This document shows, in pieces, positions 52,748 to 62,398 of a stretch of 64,000 nt of DNA. Source of the stretch: an uncultured Ruficoccus sp. (GTDB lineage: Bacteria; Verrucomicrobiota; Verrucomicrobiia; Opitutales; Cerasicoccaceae). Positions within the stretch are counted from its first letter, which is position 1. Each line of letters opens with the position of its first letter. A program made the position numbers and the translations under genes. The notes below the pieces were generated by a model, which was given only the letters and a program-made list of their open reading frames with translations, did not search any database and was not told the DNA's origin. The stretch covers positions 192,001 through 256,000 of the forward strand of contig OZ223510.1 of assembly GCA_965140785.1 (NCBI GenBank). The letters run 5' to 3'.

Positions 52748-53596
52748 ATGTTCAAGTACGTTCACCCGACGATTTTTTCCTTCGACGTGGAGTGGATCCC
52801 GGACCCGAAGGCCGCGCAGATGCTCTTCGGCGTTCCCTACGATCCGCCGTACAACACGCACGATGCTTTTCGGAAAATCTGGGCCGAATCCGGTGCCACG
52901 CCGGAGCAGCCGCGCCCGTGGGTAAAAACTTCCCTGTGCCGGATCGTTTCGATCTGTGGGATTTTCCGCGAGGCCGGACCTTCGGGCGGCGTTTCGCTGA
53001 AACTGGTGTCGATGCCACCCGATGCCGCCGACCCGGAGAAGTGCGCCGAACCGTACATCCTCGAAATGTTCCTCAAGGCTGTGGGCGGTCGCAAGCCGCA
53101 GTTGGTGGGCTTCAACTCGGTCAACGCCGATGTGCCGATCATTGTGCAGCGGGCGATCATCCACGGACTGGACAGCCATGGCTTCGCCAAGCGCCCGGAA
53201 AAGCCGTGGGAAGGGGTGGACTATTTTTCCAACGCGGGGGATTTCCATGTGGACCTCTCGCCGGGGTTGGCCCGCGGCACCAACACCCCGCGCCTGCACG
53301 AGATCGCGACCCTCAGCGGCATCCCGGGTAAAATCGACACGGCAGGCGACCAGGTCTGGGACCTGTACCTGCGCGGACGCACGGACCAGATCGTCAACTA
53401 CAACGAGTGCGACGCCTTCACCACGCACCTGCTCTGGGCACGCATGGCGCACTTCGCCGGACTTTTAGACAAAAAAGCTTACGCCACCGAGCAGCAGGCC
53501 GTCCGCCAACTCTTGGAGGAAGCGGCCTCCCAGGGCAAAGAACACCTGAGCACTTACATCCGCAAGTGGGATGAACTTCAGGAAATGATGCGATAA
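52748..53596 (+). CDS. Stand-alone PolB-like 3'-5' exonuclease (DEDD)
   Basis: FDVEW (ExoI), VGFNSVNADVP (ExoII), YNECD (ExoIII), GIPGK. Confidence 0.85.
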   Translation: MFKYVHPTIFSFDVEWIPDPKAAQMLFGVPYDPPYNTHDAFRKIWAESGATPEQPRPWVKTSLCRIVSICGIFREAGPSGGVSLKLVSMPPDAADPEKCAEPYILEMFLKAVGGRKPQLVGFNSVNADVPIIVQRAIIHGLDSHGFAKRPEKPWEGVDYFSNAGDFHVDLSPGLARGTNTPRLHEIATLSGIPGKIDTAGDQVWDLYLRGRTDQIVNYNECDAFTTHLLWARMAHFAGLLDKKAYATEQQAVRQLLEEAASQGKEHLSTYIRKWDELQEMMR

Positions 53597-53712
53597 CCTT
53601 TAGCAGTGATCAAAACCTTTGGCCGGGCTTGGGTTGCCTAATGGAGACTTGCTTAGACCAGTGAATTAACCGACGATCAAACAGGTTTTACTGATAAAAA
53701 CCGCCATTCGAG

Positions 53713-54465
53713 ATGACTGTAAAAAGAGGCGATATCTTACGTAAATTGCTTTTTAAGGTGCTGCCCTTTGAAGCCTATCTGACCGTACTGAGCCGGGGCT
53801 TTTTCTCTCGTTACGACAGTGGCAGGCTGAAGGCAGATCCGCTTTACAAATACCACTACTATCTGGCCACCCAGATCCGGACGGGGCAAACCGTCGTGGA
53901 TATCGGTGCCAACCTTGGCTACTACACGCGACTGTTTTCCCGCTGGGTTGGCGCGTCAGGGCAGGTACATGCCTTTGAACCCGTTCGACCGATTTTCAAT
54001 GTGCTCAGCCGCAACACCCGGGACTGTGCAAATGTAAAGCTCTATAACTGCGCGCTTGGAAATGAAGACAAGCCGATCAAACTGGGCAACAACTCGCGGC
54101 GGCACCAAAGCTTTATTTCCTCTGGCGAACATTTTGTCATCGACGATCCGAAACAAGACAGTGCCTGTGACGAATTTGAGGCCAGCATGTGCGATGCGCG
54201 TAAGCTATTCGAGGATTTTGAGCGCATAGACTTTATAAAATGTGACGTGGAAGGCTACGAAGTGGTTATTCTTCCGCTTTTGGCACCGGTGATTCAGCGC
54301 CATCGCCCCAAACTTCTGGTAGAGAGCGGCGGAGAAAAGCGGCAGCAAGTCCTGAACTTGATGGAGGGGCTGGAGTACGATGCTTATGTGCTAGTCTCAG
54401 ACGGCCTGAAAAAAGCCACCGAGGTTGAAGCCGAAGACGATATTCTGTTCATTCCCCGAGCTTGA
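53713..54465 (+). CDS. FkbM-family SAM methyltransferase
   Basis: VDIGANLGYYT, AFEP, FIKCDVEGYE. Confidence 0.9.
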   Translation: MTVKRGDILRKLLFKVLPFEAYLTVLSRGFFSRYDSGRLKADPLYKYHYYLATQIRTGQTVVDIGANLGYYTRLFSRWVGASGQVHAFEPVRPIFNVLSRNTRDCANVKLYNCALGNEDKPIKLGNNSRRHQSFISSGEHFVIDDPKQDSACDEFEASMCDARKLFEDFERIDFIKCDVEGYEVVILPLLAPVIQRHRPKLLVESGGEKRQQVLNLMEGLEYDAYVLVSDGLKKATEVEAEDDILFIPRA

Positions 54466-54613
54466 GAGGGTGAACAGGACGGCTTAACCGCATCGGAACG
54501 CCCGCTAATCCTTTCGCCAAACCAGCAGACTGAGCCCGCCCCGGTTTTTTTAGTTTTGACTGTACGGCAAAAATGCATGGGCTCTATAAGCTTTCATTTA
54601 GACAACCACCGCT

Positions 54614-55360
54614 ATGTATAAGATCGTACTTCTGCGCCACGGCGAGAGCCAATGGAACCTCGAAAACCGCTTCACCGGCTGGACCGATGTGGACCTGACC
54701 GAAAAGGGTGAAGAACAGGCCCGCGAGGCCGGCCGCGTCCTGGCCAAGGAGGGCTTCCGTTTCGACATCGCTTTCACCTCCCTGCAAACCCGCGCCAACC
54801 GCACCCTCAACCTCTGCCTGGAGGAAATGGACCTGACCTTCATTCCGATCCAGAAGAGCTGGCGCCTGAACGAACGCCACTACGGCGCGCTCCAGGGCCT
54901 GGACAAGAGCGAAACCGCCGCCAAGTACGGCGACGAGCAGGTGCTCATCTGGCGTCGCAGCTACGACACGCCGCCGCCCGAGCTTGAGTTGACCGACGAG
55001 CGCTTCCCCGGTAACGATCCGCGCTACGCCGATCTGCCCAAGGACGACCTGCCCCAGACCGAATGCCTGAAGGACTGTGTCGAGCGCTTCCTGCCGTACT
55101 GGGATATGGAAATCAAGCCGCAGGTCTCCGCCGGCAAGTCCGTCATCATCGCCGCCCACGGCAACTCCCTGCGCTCCCTTTACAAGCACCTGGCCAAGGT
55201 CTCCGACGAGGACATCATCGGCGTCAACATCCCCACCGGCATGCCGCTTGTGTTCGAGCTCAACGAAAAGTTTGAGACCGAAAAGTTCTATTATCTGGGT
55301 GACGAAGAGGCCGTAAAAAAGGCCATGGAAGCTGTTGCCAATCAGGGCAAGGCCAAGTAG
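54614..55360 (+). CDS. gpmA: 2,3-bisphosphoglycerate-dependent phosphoglycerate mutase
   Basis: [42 protein letters not shown]. Confidence 0.97.
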   Translation: MYKIVLLRHGESQWNLENRFTGWTDVDLTEKGEEQAREAGRVLAKEGFRFDIAFTSLQTRANRTLNLCLEEMDLTFIPIQKSWRLNERHYGALQGLDKSETAAKYGDEQVLIWRRSYDTPPPELELTDERFPGNDPRYADLPKDDLPQTECLKDCVERFLPYWDMEIKPQVSAGKSVIIAAHGNSLRSLYKHLAKVSDEDIIGVNIPTGMPLVFELNEKFETEKFYYLGDEEAVKKAMEAVANQGKAK

Positions 55361-55381
55361 CGTTATTCCGTTAACCACGGA

Positions 55382-55939
55382 ATGCCCACGCCCGACCACA
55401 AGCCCGAATCCGACCCCCTCGAACCGGAAAGCCCCACCAGCGACTCCCTTCCCCAAGGGGAAGAAGAGGAGCGTCTGGAGAGCTTTACCGAGGAGTTTGA
55501 GAAGTTTTTCGTCGAAGGCCGCTCCGATCCCAGCAGTTGGATCGGGGTCGGTCTGGACGGCACGCTCGCCCACAGCGAGGGCGCCATCGATCCGGCGATA
55601 ATCGGCGAGCCCGTCGCTGACATGGCGGCTCGCGTGCGGGACTGGGTCAAGCGCGGGCACACGGTGAAAGTCTTCACCCCCCGGGCGACGGAAGCGACCG
55701 GCGTCACACTGGTCGAACAATGGCTGCGCGACCACGACCTGCCCGCGTTGGAGGTCGTCTGCGAGAAGGATCTGCACATGCTCGAGCTGTGGGATTCCCG
55801 CACCGTCCAGGTCATTGCCAACAGTGGCAAACCGGTCGGCCAAAGCCGTGTCGAGCAGCCACGGCAAGTCTTTGACAATGAGACCCTTTCGCAGAAAGAG
55901 GAAGATTCCGACAAGGAATCGGGCACAAACGCACAATAG
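55382..55939 (+). CDS. HAD-fold protein with degenerate motif I
   Basis: WIGVGLDGTLAH, IGEPV, VKVFTPR, EKD, ELWDSR; acidic disordered ends. Confidence 0.7.
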   Translation: MPTPDHKPESDPLEPESPTSDSLPQGEEEERLESFTEEFEKFFVEGRSDPSSWIGVGLDGTLAHSEGAIDPAIIGEPVADMAARVRDWVKRGHTVKVFTPRATEATGVTLVEQWLRDHDLPALEVVCEKDLHMLELWDSRTVQVIANSGKPVGQSRVEQPRQVFDNETLSQKEEDSDKESGTNAQ

Positions 55940-55980
55940 GCTTTTCTCGTCACCGAAAGGGTGCCTAATGTGAGCCTGTC

Positions 55981-58404
55981 ATGGCTCAAAAGGAGGATTG
56001 TCCCTGCCCGGATTCGCGGGCTTCCTGCCCCGCAGGCGTGAGTAAAACCGTGCGCGAGTCGCCGGGCGTGGAGGGCGTGGACATCGACCACAAGAGCGGG
56101 CGCATCGACATTCTTTATGATCCCAGCCGCGCTTCGCAGGCAGACGTGGAGCGGGCTGCCCGCCGGCTTAGTGGACAGATCGACACCATCCCCGGCAAAT
56201 GCGTGTTCCGTCTGCACGGACGCGGCTGCGAAGAGTGCGCCCGCCGCATCGGGATCGACCTGGAGCACCGGTCGGGCATCCGGCGAGCCAGCGCGTCTTT
56301 CCTCGGTGGGGTGCTCAGTGTCAGCTTTGACCAGGCCGGGCATGACGAAAGTACGATTTTGGAGACCGCCCGTTCCGCCGGAGCCCAGGTGGAACCGCTG
56401 GAAGAGGCCCTGTACAAGGAGGAGGCCGAAAAGCGCGAGGCGCGAACGTCCTTCAGCGCCTTTGTCCGCTATTGGCTGAGCGGCACCCGGCTGGAAATCG
56501 TTTTCACCGCGCTGACGCTGGTCTGCATGGTGGCCGGGCTCGTCGTCGAAAAAATCGGAGCCGCCTCACTGGTTTACAACACCCTGTATGTGCTAGCCTA
56601 CGTTTTCGGCGGGTACTACGGTACGCTGGCGGGGCTGGAGTCGATCCGGCGCCGGGTGGTTGATGTGGACCTGCTCATGATTCTGGCCGCGCTCGGGGCG
56701 GCTTACGTGGGCGCGCCCTTCGAGGGGGCCATGCTGCTGTTCCTGTTTTCCTTTTCCGAGGTTTTGCAGACCTTCGCTATCGGGCGCACCCGCAACGCCA
56801 TCAAGGCCCTCGCGCAGATGCGTCCGCAGTCGGCCCACGTGCTGCGTGGCGACCGCATCGTGGAGACGCCCATCGCCCAGATCGAACTGGGGGCACGTCT
56901 CCTGATCCGCCCCGGCGACCGCATCCCGCTCGACGGCCGGGTGGTCAGCGGGGAGAGCACCTTGGACCAGAGCTCCGTCACCGGCGAGTCCATGCCTGTC
57001 TCTAAGGCAGTGGGAGACAGTGTCTTCGCCGGGACCATGAACCAGAACGGCAGCCTGACCGTGCAAGTCACCCGCCTGGCCAAGGACTCGACCATCTCGA
57101 AGCTGATCAAAATGGTCGAGGAGGCCCAGTCCGAGAAGGCCAGGACTCAGCGCTTCCTCGAAACCGCTGAGCAGTACTACGCGCTCGGAGTGATCATTTT
57201 TACCGTCCTGCTCGGCGTTCTGCTGCCGACTGTTTTCAAGGTCCCACTCGACGAGGCGCTCTACCGGGCGATCACCGTCATGGTCGTGGCCTCGCCCTGC
57301 GCGCTGGTCATCAGCACGCCCGCCTCGATCCTGTCGGCCATCGGCAACGGCGCCCGCCGGGGCATCCTCTTCAAGGGCGGGGCGCACCTCGAGCAGGCCG
57401 CGACGCTGCGCGTGATCACCTTTGACAAAACCGGCACCCTGACCGAGGGCCAGCCGCGGGTCAACGCAGTCATCTCCTTCGGGGACACTCCCAGCGCCGA
57501 ACTCCTCCGTCTTGCCGGGGCGGTCGAGGCCAAGTCCGAGCACCCGCTGGCCCAAGCCATCGTGGAGCACGCCCGTGGCGAGGGGGCGGCTTTCCCCGAG
57601 TGCGAGGGCTTCCGGGCTGTGACGGGGAAGGGCGCATTCGCGCGGGTCGAGGGACGGGCCATCGTCGTCGGCAGCCCCAAGTGGATGCGCGAGTATCACT
57701 TTGAAAACGCCGAGGCCATCGAATCCCGTGTGGCGGAGATTCAGGACTCGGGCCGCACGAATGTGCTGGTGGGAGAAGTACACGAGGAGAGCAACACGGT
57801 AAAAGTGCTGGGCTCGTTCGCCATCGCCGATCATCTGCGCGCGGAAGTACCCGCCATGGTCAAGCACCTGCGCGAGCAGGGCATCCGGCGCGTGGTTATG
57901 CTGACCGGGGACGCCGAGCGCGTGGCCAAGGCCGTGTCAGCCGAGGCGGGACTCGACGAGTATTACGCCGAGCTGTTGCCTGAGGACAAGGTCCGCCTGA
58001 TGAAGGAACTTTCGCGGGGCGAACACGTCGGCATGGTCGGCGACGGCACCAATGACGCGCCCGCCCTGGCCTCGGCCACGGTCGGGATCGCCATGGGCGC
58101 TGCCGGCAGCGACGTAGCCCTGGAGAGCGCAGACATCGTGCTCATGGCCAACGATCTCAAGCGCATCCCGTACCTGATCGCTCTCAGCCACGCCGCCCGC
58201 CGCGTCATGCTCCAGAACCTGATTTTCGCCGCCGGGGTGATTGTCGTCATGGTGTTGGCCACGCTCCTTCTGCCGCTGGTCGGAGTGGACGTTCCGCTGC
58301 CGCTCGGCGTCTTCGCGCACGAGGGTGGAACGGTGCTCGTCTGCCTGAACGGCCTGCGCCTGCTCGCCTTCAAGGACAAGCGGCTCCCCGAAGACGGGCC
58401 CTAG
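55981..58404 (+). CDS. Heavy-metal P1B-type ATPase with P1B-4 signatures
   Basis: TGES, SPC, DKTGT, SEHP, TGD, GDGTND, HEGGT; Cys-containing N-terminal HMA-like domains. Confidence 0.93.
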   Translation: MAQKEDCPCPDSRASCPAGVSKTVRESPGVEGVDIDHKSGRIDILYDPSRASQADVERAARRLSGQIDTIPGKCVFRLHGRGCEECARRIGIDLEHRSGIRRASASFLGGVLSVSFDQAGHDESTILETARSAGAQVEPLEEALYKEEAEKREARTSFSAFVRYWLSGTRLEIVFTALTLVCMVAGLVVEKIGAASLVYNTLYVLAYVFGGYYGTLAGLESIRRRVVDVDLLMILAALGAAYVGAPFEGAMLLFLFSFSEVLQTFAIGRTRNAIKALAQMRPQSAHVLRGDRIVETPIAQIELGARLLIRPGDRIPLDGRVVSGESTLDQSSVTGESMPVSKAVGDSVFAGTMNQNGSLTVQVTRLAKDSTISKLIKMVEEAQSEKARTQRFLETAEQYYALGVIIFTVLLGVLLPTVFKVPLDEALYRAITVMVVASPCALVISTPASILSAIGNGARRGILFKGGAHLEQAATLRVITFDKTGTLTEGQPRVNAVISFGDTPSAELLRLAGAVEAKSEHPLAQAIVEHARGEGAAFPECEGFRAVTGKGAFARVEGRAIVVGSPKWMREYHFENAEAIESRVAEIQDSGRTNVLVGEVHEESNTVKVLGSFAIADHLRAEVPAMVKHLREQGIRRVVMLTGDAERVAKAVSAEAGLDEYYAELLPEDKVRLMKELSRGEHVGMVGDGTNDAPALASATVGIAMGAAGSDVALESADIVLMANDLKRIPYLIALSHAARRVMLQNLIFAAGVIVVMVLATLLLPLVGVDVPLPLGVFAHEGGTVLVCLNGLRLLAFKDKRLPEDGP

Positions 58405-58434
58405 GCCGTTTCGCGTTTGAAGTGGGGATTTTTA

Positions 58435-58567
58435 TTAACCACAAAGGCACAAAGGTACAAAGGGCTGGGAAGGGAAGTTTGAGGAGGGGTATCTGCCTAC
58501 CTCTGTTGACGAATTTGGGATTTCGAATCCTCTGAATTTCTTTGCGCCTGCGCGCCTTTGCGGTGAA
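58435..58567. repeat. Gene-less inverted tandem 8-mer element (CRCAAAGG units)
   Basis: Arms 58435-58462 and 58540-58567 are 21/28 complementary, with a 77-bp spacer. Confidence 0.75.
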
Positions 58568-58623
58568 GATATTCGCTCGACCGTCCTCTCCAAAAACTTC
58601 AACGCCTATCAGCCCTTTTCACC

Positions 58624-59190
58624 ATGCCCATGCCCAACATAGCCACCCGCCGCGGCGACACCGGGACAACCTCCCTGTGGTCCGGCGAACGTGTACCCAA
58701 GACCGACCCGCGCATCCGCGCCACCGGCGAGATCGACTGCGTCCTGGCCATGCTGGGCCGCGGCCACCATTACCTCCGTGCCGGGGATGATTTCGCGCAG
58801 CAGTTGAGCAAGGACTTCCTGCACGTGCAGCGGCGCTTCACCTACCTGATGGGCGAGGTCTCCACCAGCGAGGAGCGCAAGCAGGACTATGTCGCGAAAA
58901 AGGAAGCGATCAGCGACGAGGACGTAGCGTTTGTCGAGGCGCTTTACGAGCGCTTGCGCACACACCTGAACGAAACCGGCCGTACCTTCGACTTTAAATC
59001 CTGGAAAGTGGCGGGCGAAGCCGGCGCGGCCTCGGCGGAGTTTCACGTCGTCCGGTCCGCCTTCCGCCGGGTGGAGCTGATGCTGTGGGGCTTGCACGAG
59101 CGGGGCTTCACCATCCGTGAACCGCTGCTCAAGTGCTTTAACCGCTTTTCAGATGTGCTCTTTTTCACCGCCATCCTGATGGAAGAGTAG
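58624..59190 (+). CDS. pduO: ATP:cob(I)alamin adenosyltransferase, PduO type
   Basis: IATRRGDTGTTSL..GERVPK, GEID, RRVE, NRFSDVLF. Confidence 0.85.
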   Translation: MPMPNIATRRGDTGTTSLWSGERVPKTDPRIRATGEIDCVLAMLGRGHHYLRAGDDFAQQLSKDFLHVQRRFTYLMGEVSTSEERKQDYVAKKEAISDEDVAFVEALYERLRTHLNETGRTFDFKSWKVAGEAGAASAEFHVVRSAFRRVELMLWGLHERGFTIREPLLKCFNRFSDVLFFTAILMEE

Positions 59191-59218
59191 GGCGCCCGTT
59201 GCCTGTTGTCGTGAATGC

Positions 59219-59385
59219 TAGAGCACTTTCGCTTTAATCAGTCGCACTCGGCTGAGCTGATTTTAAGTCTGGCGGCGTTGGCTGGGGGGACTTACGGGCT
59301 TCCAGCCCGCTACGCCCCCAGCCGCCTGGCGAGCCTTCAAGACATTTCCCCACCGAGTGCGACTGATTAAAGCGAAAGTGCTCTA
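59219..59385. mobile_element. MITE, 167 bp including flanking TA, perfect 33-bp inverted ends
   Basis: TAGAGCACTTTCGCTTTAATCAGTCGCACTCGG (59219-59251) is the exact reverse complement of 59353-59385; nested internal hairpin; no ORF. Confidence 0.85.
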
Positions 59386-59401
59386 AGTTCGCGGCCTATT
59401 G

Positions 59402-59574
59402 ATTGCGGGCTTACGCAGCCCGCGCCCGCGGCAGGCATAGCCTGCACTTCCGATGCTTACAGCATCGTCTCTGCGATTGGCGAGGGTAGCGATAAGCTGC
59501 CCTCGCCAATCGCAGAACCAAAGCATCAAAACTGGACCCCCCAATTTTGCCGAAAACTTACCACTCGCGACACA
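59402..59574. repeat. 173-bp four-hairpin repeat, copy 2
   Basis: Aligns with 49688-49860; 21-bp stem (59470-59490 / 59496-59516) with one G-T pair. Confidence 0.85.
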
Positions 59575-59576
59575 GC

Positions 59577-61367
59577 CTAGCTCTTTTCAGTTTTCTCGGC
59601 GGTGTAGATGGTGATATCGGCCGACTCCACGCCGGTGATTTCGCGGGCACGCTTGAGGGCATCGCGGGTGGAGATGGTCGGGTTTTCCGGCGAGTAGCGA
59701 AAGAAGTTCTCCTCGCCGATCAGCTTCATCAGCCCGGAGTCGCGCATGACCTTTTCCAGTTCGGGGTGCACGCCGGAGACAATCAGGTCGCTGCCCTTGC
59801 TGCGGGCGAACCGCGTGAGCTCCATCATGGTGCTGGCGGCGGTGGCGTCGAGGTGGTGGGCATTACGCAGGCGCAGGACAATGATGCGCAGGTCCGGGTG
59901 CTCGGCCATGTGACGCATCTGGTCCAGGAACACATCGCTGGAGGCAAAGAACAGGTCGCCCTCGACGTGCACGATGGCGATTTCCGGGCGGCGGTGTTTC
60001 TGCACTTCCGGGGCCCGCTCGAGGAGGTTGCCCTGCTCGTCAAAGGAGATTTCCCGCAACTCGGGCTTGGCCGCCTGACGGACGAACAGACCGATGGAGA
60101 TGGCCGCGCCCACGTAGATGGCGGTGTCCAGTGGCAGCACGAGGCCACCCACAAAAGTGACGAGGAAGACCGTGGCGTCGTTGCGTGTGGTGTTCAGCAT
60201 GAGCCGGATCTGCTCGCGATTGATAAGGGAGAGGCCGACCAGGATAACCAGCGTGGCCAGCGCGGCACGGGGGATGTAGCCGATCAACCCGCCAAAAAGG
60301 AAAAGCGCGACAATCAGGAACGTCCCGCTATAGACACTGGACATGCGCGTGGCGGGCTTGCTGCGGAAATTCAGCATCGAGCGCGTGAGCGACCCGCTCA
60401 CGGCCATGCCGCCCCCGAGCGAACTGGCGCAGGTGGCCACCCCCATGGAGAGCATCTGTTGGTTCAGGTCGATGCGGTCGCCAGCCTGAGCGGCCAGGGT
60501 CTTGGCGATGGACGAGCTCTCCAGCATGGCCAGGAACGCCACCGCCAGCGCGCCGCCGGCGATTTGCGAGAATTCCTTCCAGTGGAACAGCGGCAGCGTC
60601 AGCGGCCAGGAGCTGGCCTTGACCCCGGAGAGCATCTCAGGCTCCAGCCCCAGGGGACGCACCAGCCAGACGATGAAGCTCGTCAATACCAGCGCGATGG
60701 CGATATTTGGCAGGCCCTTGGCCCAGCGCTTGAGCGGCAGGTAGCAGGCCAGGGTGATACCCGAGACCACGAGCGCGTTCCAGTCGGTCTGGCTGAGTCC
60801 GCCGGTGAAATTTCCCAGCGCCTCGGCAAACGTCCCCGCCCGCGGCACATGCAGCCCGCAAACGGTTTTCAACTGGTTGATGATGATCAGGAACGCCGCC
60901 GCGGTGATATAGCCGCAGATGACGGCCTTGGAAATGTACTGGGTGATCCCGGCCACCTTGCAAAAGGCGCCCACAACCATAAAGACGGCGACCAGCATCA
61001 GCAGCAGGGGCAGCGCCAGCAGCGACTCGACCGGCGAGTAGCCCAGGGAGAGAAAGACGGACAGCAGCATGACCGCCGTGGCGTTGCTGGGGCCGAGCAT
61101 GATAAAGCGCGAGCTGGCCAGGATCGGCCCAGTGATCGTCGAAAGCGAGGCACAGAAAATCCCCGCCTGCACCGGCAGTCCCGCGATCAGCGCATAGGCC
61201 ATGCTCTGCGGAAAGTCCAGCAGCGCCACATTCATGGCCGCTCCCAGGTCTTGCTTCGCTTTTTTTAAACTGTAGTTGCGCAAGACTTTCCCGATCGGGA
61301 AGAGGTCCAGTCCGTTCCAGCTTAAGCCGCGCTTCTCTTTTTTCTCAGTCCCTACACCTTCATTCAT
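59577..61367 (-). CDS. SulP-family anion transporter with STAS domain
   Basis: PQSMAYALIAGLP, GPSNA, QQMLSMG, GSLTRS, GDLFFAS, HLDATA. Confidence 0.92.
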   Translation of the reverse strand: MNEGVGTEKKEKRGLSWNGLDLFPIGKVLRNYSLKKAKQDLGAAMNVALLDFPQSMAYALIAGLPVQAGIFCASLSTITGPILASSRFIMLGPSNATAVMLLSVFLSLGYSPVESLLALPLLLMLVAVFMVVGAFCKVAGITQYISKAVICGYITAAAFLIIINQLKTVCGLHVPRAGTFAEALGNFTGGLSQTDWNALVVSGITLACYLPLKRWAKGLPNIAIALVLTSFIVWLVRPLGLEPEMLSGVKASSWPLTLPLFHWKEFSQIAGGALAVAFLAMLESSSIAKTLAAQAGDRIDLNQQMLSMGVATCASSLGGGMAVSGSLTRSMLNFRSKPATRMSSVYSGTFLIVALFLFGGLIGYIPRAALATLVILVGLSLINREQIRLMLNTTRNDATVFLVTFVGGLVLPLDTAIYVGAAISIGLFVRQAAKPELREISFDEQGNLLERAPEVQKHRRPEIAIVHVEGDLFFASSDVFLDQMRHMAEHPDLRIIVLRLRNAHHLDATAASTMMELTRFARSKGSDLIVSGVHPELEKVMRDSGLMKLIGEENFFRYSPENPTISTRDALKRAREITGVESADITIYTAEKTEKS

Positions 61368-61583
61368 TTCTCAAGCACTCACTTGAAAGCAGAAATTAGC
61401 GGAGCGAGCAAGACTTGGTACACACGATTAGTGAAAACGATTCAGTACGTAAAAAATCATTAACACAGCCGTCGTCGTCTGAACGCTACAAAAAGTGGGG
61501 CAAGCTCCGCCCCTCTCCTTATTCGGGAAAACTTAGGCTTAAAAAAAATATATATTGGCATCTGGGTTGCTCGTATCTCAGCC

Positions 61584-62390
61584 ATGAATAAGCTTTTACC
61601 GCTGCTAGCTGCTCTCGCCATTGTCGGCTACGGATGTGGTAAAAAAAATGAGACAAGACAAGGAGCTGCTTCCGATACGCCGACGCTGACGATTTACGTC
61701 GCGGCCAGCCTGACGGACGTCGTCCAGGCCATTGGCAAGGATTTCGAGAACGAGCATCAAGTCGAGCTGGTGTACAATTTCGCCAGTGCGGGTGCGCTGG
61801 CGCAGCAGATCATGGCCGCGCCGCGGGCAGACGTGTACCTCAGCGCGAACGAACGCTGGATGAACGAGGTGGAGCAGGCCGGGGAGGTGGCTGCGGGCAC
61901 CCGCAAGCAGCTTCTGCAAAACGCCCTCGTCGTCATCGCCAACCCGTCCGGGCGCTTTTCCATGAGCGGGCCGGAAGACCTGCCGGGGATGAATTTCAAG
62001 TTTCTTTGTATCGGCGATCCGGCGCATGTGCCGGCGGGCAGTTATACCAAAAAATGGCTCGAAAGCGTCAAGAGCTCCGACGGTGAAACCATCTGGAGCC
62101 AGGTGGAGAGCCGCGTCTCCCCGGCCCCGGATGTGCGGGCGGCGTTGGCTCAGGTCGAGGGGACATCAGACGTCATCGGCGTCGTGTACCGCACCGACTA
62201 CATGGCCGATAAGGACAAGGTGAAGCTTCTCTATCAAGTGCCGCCGAGCGAGGGGGTGAACATTTCCTACTCGGTGGCTGCGCTCACGGCCAGCAAGCAT
62301 CCGGTCCTGGCGAAAGAGTTCGTCGATTATCTGTTCAGCCCGAAAGCCCGGAAGCTTTTCAGCGAGGCGGGCTTTATCGTTAAAGAATAA
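61584..62390 (+). CDS. modA: Molybdate ABC transporter substrate-binding lipoprotein
   Basis: Lipobox [36 protein letters not shown]. Confidence 0.93.
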   Translation: MNKLLPLLAALAIVGYGCGKKNETRQGAASDTPTLTIYVAASLTDVVQAIGKDFENEHQVELVYNFASAGALAQQIMAAPRADVYLSANERWMNEVEQAGEVAAGTRKQLLQNALVVIANPSGRFSMSGPEDLPGMNFKFLCIGDPAHVPAGSYTKKWLESVKSSDGETIWSQVESRVSPAPDVRAALAQVEGTSDVIGVVYRTDYMADKDKVKLLYQVPPSEGVNISYSVAALTASKHPVLAKEFVDYLFSPKARKLFSEAGFIVKE

Positions 62391-62398
62391 AAGCCGTC

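Larger units (their letters stand above)
59201..59577. mobile_element. Older non-autonomous element with imperfect terminal inverted repeats; left repeat split by the MITE
   Basis: With the MITE and one TA removed, the left end GCCTGTTGTCGTGAATGCTAAGTTCGCGG matches the reverse complement of the right end (GGCTGTGTCGCGAGTGGTAAGTTTTCGG) at 22/29 positions. Confidence 0.6.

Noticed and set aside
55366..55382. TTAACCACGGAA resembling the start of a repeat-element left arm
   Set aside because: Only one unit and no partner arm; explained equally well by a tiny local hairpin TTCCGT/ACGGAA.
61368..61583. Moco riboswitch or ModE box upstream of modA
   Set aside because: Only a lone TATATA half-site-like run; no convincing dyad or aptamer fold by eye. 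An Rfam search would settle it.
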